From assembly GCA_965219535.1 (NCBI GenBank), contig CBDCNV010000001.1, positions 1,470,001 through 1,502,000 on the forward strand: a stretch of 32,000 bases of DNA, read 5' to 3'. Under the pieces are notes generated by a model, which saw only the letters and a program-made list of their open reading frames with translations, was not told where the DNA came from and did not search any database. Position 1 is the first letter of the stretch. Every line of letters starts with the position of its first letter. The translations under genes and the position numbers were made by a program. Source of the stretch: Opitutales bacterium (GTDB lineage: Bacteria > Verrucomicrobiota > Verrucomicrobiia > Opitutales > PNEW01). Of the stretch, positions 26,478-32,000 are shown one piece after another.

Positions 26478-26855
26478 CTGGTAGATGATATTCCCACAGG
26501 TATATACACGATTCCGGAAATCAGTTCTATTGGAATGAACGAACGCGATCTTACGGCGAAAAAAATTTCTTATGAAGTAGGGCATGCCTTTTTCAGGCAT
26601 TTAGCACGCGCGCAAATTACCGGACAAACGACAGGGATGCTGAAAATTCTATTCCACCGCGACACCTTAGCCATTCTTGGCATACACTGTTTTGGTGCAC
26701 AAGCTTCAGAGATTGTCCACATTGGTCAGGCGATAATGGCACAAAAAGGAAAAGCTAATACCCTAATGTATTTCATTAATACCACATTTAATTATCCAAC
26801 GATGGCCGAAGCTTACCGCGTCGCTGCCCTTAATGGTCTAAACAGGCTACGGTAA
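26478..26855 (+). pseudogene. sthA: 3' remnant (~125 aa) of the soluble pyridine nucleotide transhydrogenase gene, truncated by the IS
   Basis: [19 protein letters not shown]...[31 protein letters not shown]...[24 protein letters not shown] is collinear with the C-terminus of E. coli SthA as I recall it. About 340 N-terminal residues are absent from the window. Confidence 0.85.
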
Positions 26856-27038
26856 CCACCTGTTGGATCATTTTCCGGGCAATCGAACAGTGCTTTGTAT
26901 AATGTGTGTCTGGCGCATATTATTATGATAATTTCCACTTGAGGATATAAGTTTTTAAACTACATTATCAGTGTTGTCCCAGGTTCATTATTCAGGGTTG
27001 GATCAACGCGCGTCACACATTTAGCTACTATAATTTCA

Positions 27039-27278
27039 GTGCTCCACAAACTCCCCATTTTTATTCTTTGTACAGGATTTCTAATATCAGGCTGTACTTC
27101 CGTCACGATTGAAACTGAATATAATAAGTCAACAGGTTTACCCATGTTTTCATCAGACATCCGAAAGCAGACCATGGATGAATCCTTTAACGGCGGCAGT
27201 CAGGCCAATCTTTCAGATTTTTCAGAAGAAAGTTCAAGTATGCACGTTGAAACACATTCTACACTCCTTCGGAGGTAA
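27039..27278 (+). CDS. Putative small lipoprotein (GTG start)
   Basis: The signal peptide with lipobox, MLHKLPIFILCTGFLISGC, is followed by a Ser/acid-rich mature part. No obvious RBS. Other frames in the region also carry ORFs. Confidence 0.4.
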   Translation: MLHKLPIFILCTGFLISGCTSVTIETEYNKSTGLPMFSSDIRKQTMDESFNGGSQANLSDFSEESSSMHVETHSTLLRR

Positions 27279-27343
27279 TGCTGTTTTACTTTAAGTCAGT
27301 CATGTGCCATGTGCAGAAAAGCCGCGGTGCTTGAACCGAAAAA

Positions 27344-28072
27344 ATGGGTGGAAGATATAATACTTGTATTTCAAAAAAGCTTAATGCAATAGCGTCGATT
27401 CAAAGCAAATTGGATGTTATTGGGAGCGTAGATAATTTTCCATTGTATCAAATCTTTCTATCCGCTCGATCTGAATCGAAGGATACCATTCTGATTACCG
27501 CTGGTATCCATGGAGATGAACCCGCGGGTCCAGCAGCCATTATCCGTTTTTTAGAGCGCGATAATTCACATTTATTCGAACACTTCAATTTTCTCTTCTT
27601 ACCCTGTATAAATCCTGCTGGTTTTGAGCATAATAAAAGAGAAAATTTGGATGGAATAGATATTAACCGATCGTTTGAAAGCGACGATATTACAGAAGTT
27701 ACACTCGTAAAGGAAGCGCTTCATGGGTTGAGATTTACATTTACGATCGACTTTCATGAAGACTGGGAAGCGAGAGGTTTTTATCTCTATGAAGATAAGC
27801 GTGATAAAAAATGGAAGGGCCCTGTAATAATTAATGCGGTTAAGAAAATGGTGAGTATTGATACATCATCGGCAGAAAGTGACATTCCCTTATATGAGGG
27901 AGGGGCACAAGTGGATCCAGCATGGGGGAGGAAAGGGTTTGCACCCTATTTATACCACTTTCATACAGACCACGTGATAATTAGTGAAACACCAACAGCC
28001 GGGAATATTGAGCAAAGAGCAAAAGCTCATTTAATTGCGCTGGATACCTTAATAGATCAGTACATAAAGTAG
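27344..28072 (+). CDS. M14-like zinc carboxypeptidase / succinylglutamate desuccinylase-aspartoacylase superfamily protein
   Basis: ITAGIHGDEPAGP (HxxE zinc motif context), NP.GF, and DFHED (second zinc His region). Confidence 0.6.
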   Translation: MGGRYNTCISKKLNAIASIQSKLDVIGSVDNFPLYQIFLSARSESKDTILITAGIHGDEPAGPAAIIRFLERDNSHLFEHFNFLFLPCINPAGFEHNKRENLDGIDINRSFESDDITEVTLVKEALHGLRFTFTIDFHEDWEARGFYLYEDKRDKKWKGPVIINAVKKMVSIDTSSAESDIPLYEGGAQVDPAWGRKGFAPYLYHFHTDHVIISETPTAGNIEQRAKAHLIALDTLIDQYIK

Positions 28073-28320
28073 ACAGTTTATAACTGCACGAATCGAGAAT
28101 GCCCCTAAAGATAAAATTAATAGGTGAAAATTCATTGATCATTCAGCTAGTGGGAACTGACTTTGTTTTAGTAAATAACCACGATACTAAAATAAATTTT
28201 GTGCTAAAGGCTGATCCAGTCAGCACGATTAGCTTAAAAATCACTTGTCGAACTGGATAGTGCATTGCCAGCAATATTATCAGGGAGGTGGCAGTGGTGG
28301 GGTCATAGGCAAAAATGGAA

Positions 28321-28347
28321 TTTAAATGCAAATTACTTGCATTTAAA
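28321..28347. promoter_or_regulatory. Perfect inverted repeat TTTAAATGCAA-attac-TTGCATTTAAA, a candidate operator
   Basis: 11-bp arms with a 5-nt spacer, 130 nt upstream of the MerC-like gene in a 400-nt intergenic region. No U-tract, so it is unlikely to be a terminator. Confidence 0.5.
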
Positions 28348-28476
28348 AGGAGACACTATATAGCCAGTAAGGACAGTTATAATAGAAGCCCTGATATTCA
28401 ATTTAACAATGCCAGCGTTAATCCGATAACGACTATTGGATTTCTAACGTATTATAAAAATCACTCTAAAACATAA

Positions 28477-28920
28477 ATGCAGGATAACTCAAACAGCTTA
28501 AAATGGGAGCATACAGATTTCGCCGGTATTGCGCTCTCTTTCATTTGTGGGATTCATTGCATAATTTTACCCCTCGTATTAGCTTTGCTTCCCTCTGTAG
28601 GTTGGAGTATTCATTCGAATGAATCGTTTGAAACCACTATGGTCATTCTTATTATTGCGTTAGGTGCGGTGGTATTAGTGAGAGGTTATTTTAATCATGG
28701 TAGATGGCAGGTCATTTTATTTTTAGCATTTGGCGCGGCTGTTTTCATATTTATCAGACCAGGGCTCGGTTATTCTATGCATATCTATGCTTCGGTTTTA
28801 GGCGGAGCATCTTTCATTGTCGGGCACCTGTATAATTGGAACTGGTGCCGAACCTACCCCGTATGCCGCGTTTCGAAGGCCGACTGCAACGTTTCCTTTG
28901 ATAAAAGTTTAAGTAATTAA
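28477..28920 (+). CDS. MerC-domain-like small membrane protein (4 TM)
   Basis: The N-terminal IALSFICGIHCIILPLVLALLP resembles the MerC-domain signature (xHCxxxP in TM1). It has a Cys-rich C-terminus (CRTYPVCRVSKADC). Confidence 0.5.
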   Translation: MQDNSNSLKWEHTDFAGIALSFICGIHCIILPLVLALLPSVGWSIHSNESFETTMVILIIALGAVVLVRGYFNHGRWQVILFLAFGAAVFIFIRPGLGYSMHIYASVLGGASFIVGHLYNWNWCRTYPVCRVSKADCNVSFDKSLSN

Positions 28921-28984
28921 ATTAGAGATAATAATCGCGTTGGATTAATTAGTCCTTAACAGTGCGATTGAGGAGTGAATAGAT

Positions 28985-30337
28985 TTGATCGAAGGAAGCT
29001 TTCTATCTAAGCTGGCTGCACGAGCGGAGTCAGGTAACCCCTTGCGAATAGGGCTTATTGGCGCGGGTAAATTCGGGACCACGTTTTTAAGTCAAGCACG
29101 CTACCTTCCCGGATTGCATGTGCTGGGAATTGCTGACTTATCAATCGATCGTCTGCTCAGAGCATTGAAAAATGCTGAATGGTCGCAATCACAGTATGCG
29201 GCAACAAGCTTTGAAAACGCATTGGAAAGAGGGTGTACTTATCTCTCAGATGATGCGGAGGCGCTGATAAAAGCCGATGGAATTGATCTGATTGTTGAAG
29301 CAACAGGAGATCCATTAGTTGGTGTACGTTATGCATTACAGGCGATTGAAAACGGGCGACACGTTGTAATGGTTAATGTCGAGGCCGATGTATTGGCGGG
29401 CCATCTTCTGGCCAGGAAAGCTGCTGCTGCCGGTGTTGTTTACAGCCTAGCTTATGGTGATCAACCTGCACTGATATGCGAACTGGTAAGCTGGGCAAGA
29501 TCTTGTGGATTTAATACCATATGCGCCGGAAAAGGAACAAAGTATTTACCGATCTACCATAGCTCTACTCCCGATACCATATGGAAGCATTACGGAATGG
29601 ATTTTGAGACGGGCGCGCAACATGACTTGAATCCCCAGATGTTTAATTCTTTTCTCGATGGCACAAAATCGGCCATAGAAATGGCTGCGGTTTCCAATGC
29701 TACAGGATTATTCCCTCAATCCGAGGGTTTGCGGTTTCCGCCCTGTAAGATTGATAATTTACCTAATATTTGCCGTCCTTTTGAGGATGGGGGACAGTTA
29801 TCGCACAAAGGTACGGTTGAAGTAGTTTCATGTATGGAACGTGACGGTCAATTGATCGAAAACCACTTACGTTGGGGAGTTTTTATAATAATTGAAGCGC
29901 CATCTGACTATGTGAAAAGTTGTTTTACAGAATATGGTCTAGCTACCGATACCACGGGTCGATATGCGGCTATGTATCGACCTTATCACCTCGTGGGTTT
30001 GGAATTGTCAGTCAGTATACTCAAGGCCGGGCTTGACGGGGAAGCGACAGGTTTCCCTGTTGAATTTAATGCTGATGTAATAGCGACCGCGAAAAAGAAT
30101 CTGAAGGCAAAGGAGATGTTAGATGGAGAGGGTGGTTATTGCGTGTATGGTAAGCTTAAACCCGCTGACCTGGCGGTTAAGGAGTGTTTGCTCCCAATCG
30201 GGCTGGCCAATCACATAAAGCTGATAAATGATGTTGCTGAAGGACAATGTGTGAAGTGGTCTGATATTGAATATGATAAGGCGGATCCGATAATAAAATT
30301 TCGACGCGAAATGGAGCAAATCAACACAACTAATTGA
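28985..30337 (+). CDS. NAD(P)-binding oxidoreductase of the COG4091 type (homoserine-dehydrogenase-like with a C-terminal SAF-like domain). TTG start.
   Basis: GAGGAG RBS 9 nt upstream of the TTG. LRIGLIGAGKFGTTF Rossmann motif. About 450 aa. C-terminal LDGEGGYCVYGKL matches the family as I recall it. Confidence 0.55.
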   Translation: MIEGSFLSKLAARAESGNPLRIGLIGAGKFGTTFLSQARYLPGLHVLGIADLSIDRLLRALKNAEWSQSQYAATSFENALERGCTYLSDDAEALIKADGIDLIVEATGDPLVGVRYALQAIENGRHVVMVNVEADVLAGHLLARKAAAAGVVYSLAYGDQPALICELVSWARSCGFNTICAGKGTKYLPIYHSSTPDTIWKHYGMDFETGAQHDLNPQMFNSFLDGTKSAIEMAAVSNATGLFPQSEGLRFPPCKIDNLPNICRPFEDGGQLSHKGTVEVVSCMERDGQLIENHLRWGVFIIIEAPSDYVKSCFTEYGLATDTTGRYAAMYRPYHLVGLELSVSILKAGLDGEATGFPVEFNADVIATAKKNLKAKEMLDGEGGYCVYGKLKPADLAVKECLLPIGLANHIKLINDVAEGQCVKWSDIEYDKADPIIKFRREMEQINTTN

Positions 30338-30386
30338 TCTGAATTTTCAAAGATTATAATTTTTTCTTTTAACAAGGTTTTGCTTA

Positions 30387-30767
30387 ATGGATGAGTTTAT
30401 CGCGAAAATTTTTTCCTTAGCTATACTGATTTATGGCTTTTCCCATTTCCTACAGGCAAAACGGTGGGGGAGTTTTTTATCGAACTTACTTCAGGGAGAA
30501 CAGGCCCCATTTATTATTGGTTCTTTGACCCTGCCTCTAGGATTATTTATTGTCATAGGGCACAATATATGGGTCTTGGATTTTCCTGTTATTATTACTG
30601 TATGCGGTTGGGGTATGGTGATTAAGAGTATTGCCTATCTTTTATTCCCAGGCTGTATTAAAATGATTACACCTGACACAGAAATTAATTTACGCTACGC
30701 ATCGATCGGCGTTGGAATATTGATGATCATAATGGGGCTAATACTCGTATTTGATACTTATTATTGA
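30387..30767 (+). CDS. Hypothetical 4-TM membrane protein
   Basis: A hydrophobic 126-aa ORF. I do not recognise the family. Confidence 0.45.
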   Translation: MDEFIAKIFSLAILIYGFSHFLQAKRWGSFLSNLLQGEQAPFIIGSLTLPLGLFIVIGHNIWVLDFPVIITVCGWGMVIKSIAYLLFPGCIKMITPDTEINLRYASIGVGILMIIMGLILVFDTYY

Positions 30768-30869
30768 ACCTCTTGTAAGCTATAGGTTCTTGAGGTCCCG
30801 GTCAGCGTGTGGTTCTTCGAATGAGGTCTAGGATTTAGCAACCGGATATCATTGGGTCTTGCTAAAATT

Positions 30870-31577
30870 ATGGGAAAACAGCTAAATAAGAATACAATGA
30901 ATCAGTATTCACTTGAAAATTATCAACGCCCTCAACTTACGACTCCGAACGGTGAAGATAAAATTCTCTTGCACTCTTGCTGTGCACCTTGCGCGGGTGA
31001 GATAATGGAAGCACTTGTCGCTTCAAAAATTCAACCCACACTTTTTTTTTATAATCCCAATATCCATCCACGTAAAGAATATGAAATACGTAAGGATGAA
31101 AACATCCGTTTTGCCAAAGACCTGGGGATTACATTTATCGACGCTGACTACGATAAGGATAATTGGTTTGATCGGGTGAAGGGATTGGAAGATGAACCTG
31201 AGCGTGGAGAGCGTTGCACGGTTTGTTTTGATATGCGTTTTGAACGCACTGCGCTCTATGCCGCGGAAAATAATTTCTCTTTAATCTCCAGCACATTGGG
31301 AATCTCCAGATGGAAGAATATGGATCAAATTAATCTTAGTGGTGAGCGCGCCGCCCGTCGCTATTCGCAGATGGTTTATTGGACCTTTAATTGGCGAAAG
31401 AAGGGTGGGAGTCAGCGAATGATAGAATTGTCAAAACGTGAAGAGTTTTACCAGCAGGAGTATTGCGGCTGCGTTTACAGCCTTCGCGATACTAACAGCT
31501 GGAGAGCTCAGAAAAATCGACCGCGCATTGAACGGGGAGTAAAATATTACGGGCGTGACGAAATTTCGGAAGAGTAA
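30870..31577 (+). CDS. queH: Epoxyqueuosine reductase QueH (DUF208). The track ORF starts at TTG 30852; ATG 30870 or 30897 is more likely.
   Basis: [28 protein letters not shown]...R and QEYCGC motifs are characteristic of QueH. Confidence 0.85.
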   Translation: MGKQLNKNTMNQYSLENYQRPQLTTPNGEDKILLHSCCAPCAGEIMEALVASKIQPTLFFYNPNIHPRKEYEIRKDENIRFAKDLGITFIDADYDKDNWFDRVKGLEDEPERGERCTVCFDMRFERTALYAAENNFSLISSTLGISRWKNMDQINLSGERAARRYSQMVYWTFNWRKKGGSQRMIELSKREEFYQQEYCGCVYSLRDTNSWRAQKNRPRIERGVKYYGRDEISEE

Positions 31578-31739
31578 ATTTACTGAAGTCTACCGACGGT
31601 GGTAGATGATCCGTTATTGGATTAATTGATCATCTTGACAAACGATTGTGCGTTCACATAGTCTAAATTGAGAACGAATCAGGTATTTATTGGTCATGAG
31701 TACCTGAATTCAAGTTTAAACATCAACAAGGAGGTGATC

Positions 31740-31823
31740 ATGAGTAATAGGCCATTTGCGAAACCAGGAATATCCAAGATGAATTTTACACCTCGTGAAC
31801 TGTTTAAGGTTGGGAGTGATTAA
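31740..31823 (+). CDS. Candidate 27-aa small protein or leader peptide (MSNRPFAKPGISKMNFTPRELFKVGSD)
   Basis: Near-perfect SD AAGGAGG with a 5-nt spacer before the ATG. TTGACA (31635-31640) plus TAGTCT 18 nt later lies upstream. The hairpin TCTCATT-cct-AATGAGA follows immediately after the stop. Confidence 0.3.
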   Translation: MSNRPFAKPGISKMNFTPRELFKVGSD

Positions 31824-32000
31824 TCTCATTCCTAATGAGAGGCGGTAATGAATCTACCATTCCTGGTGGGGGTCTTGACCGTTTATCTTTAATTCGGTAA
31901 GTTTTCTAAAACGAGAGCTTTACCTTCTTTTTATCGGGTGCCTGACCTAGTGATGTTAGCACATTTGATTTTAATTTTAACCCTTAACAAAGCCTGTGGT

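Noticed and set aside
26960-27294. Overlapping ORFs 26960..27175 (-) and 27109..27294 (+)
   Set aside because: They compete with the lipobox-containing ORF 27039..27278 and have no signal sequence, motif or RBS support.
31042-31050. T9 run inside queH, and A9/A8 runs in the ykgJ-like gene (5950-5958, about 5980), as phase-variation switches
   Set aside because: The reading frames are intact through them and encode plausible residues (LFFY; EKKM). They are noted only as potential sequencing-error hot spots.

Overview
This is a 32-kb window from a moderately AT-rich bacterial genome using the standard code. TGA, TAA and TAG all end clearly complete genes. Gene content and the intergenic repeats resemble marine PVC-type polysaccharide degraders, but the taxon is only a guess.

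Left ~19 kb: a dense accessory carbohydrate/deoxy-sugar catabolic island.
- Sugar genes: DUF2961/GH172-like protein, FGGY kinase, L-rhamnose mutarotase, aldo-keto reductase, two SDRs, Gfo/Idh/MocA dehydrogenase, TIM-barrel sugar isomerase, HpcH-type and RraA-type aldolases, isochorismatase-like hydrolase, AspC.
- Embedded in it: an FAD reductase, a YkgJ Cys-cluster protein and two tandem PhyH-like dioxygenase paralogs.
- Also present: two orphan CheY-like receivers (one cut by an in-frame TAA), a LOG-family protein, and a split soluble-domain/TM-domain gene joined at a G7 tract.

Middle: two near-identical 1345-bp IS3-family (IS407-like) copies in direct orientation, offset by 5527 bp.
- They bracket an AT-rich 4.2-kb segment: 5'-truncated GNAT, secreted protein, Na/Pi cotransporter, PhoU-like protein, sulfotransferase.
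- The whole IS-segment-IS unit is flanked by CTGG.
- Both copies carry the same in-frame TGA in orfA and in orfB, each inside a short segment that looks inserted relative to the family.

Right ~5.5 kb: an sthA 3' remnant abutting the IS, a lipoprotein, an M14-like peptidase, a MerC-like protein behind an 11-bp-arm palindrome, a COG4091-like oxidoreductase, QueH, and micro-ORFs with a perfect Shine-Dalgarno sequence.

Intergenic DNA carries a pure (CAGTGAA)n microsatellite and a REP-like repeat family. I saw no rRNA, tRNA or CRISPR and could not recognise a known defence or biosynthetic system. The most unusual signals are the stop-bearing but duplicated IS, the in-frame stops, and the repeat architecture.
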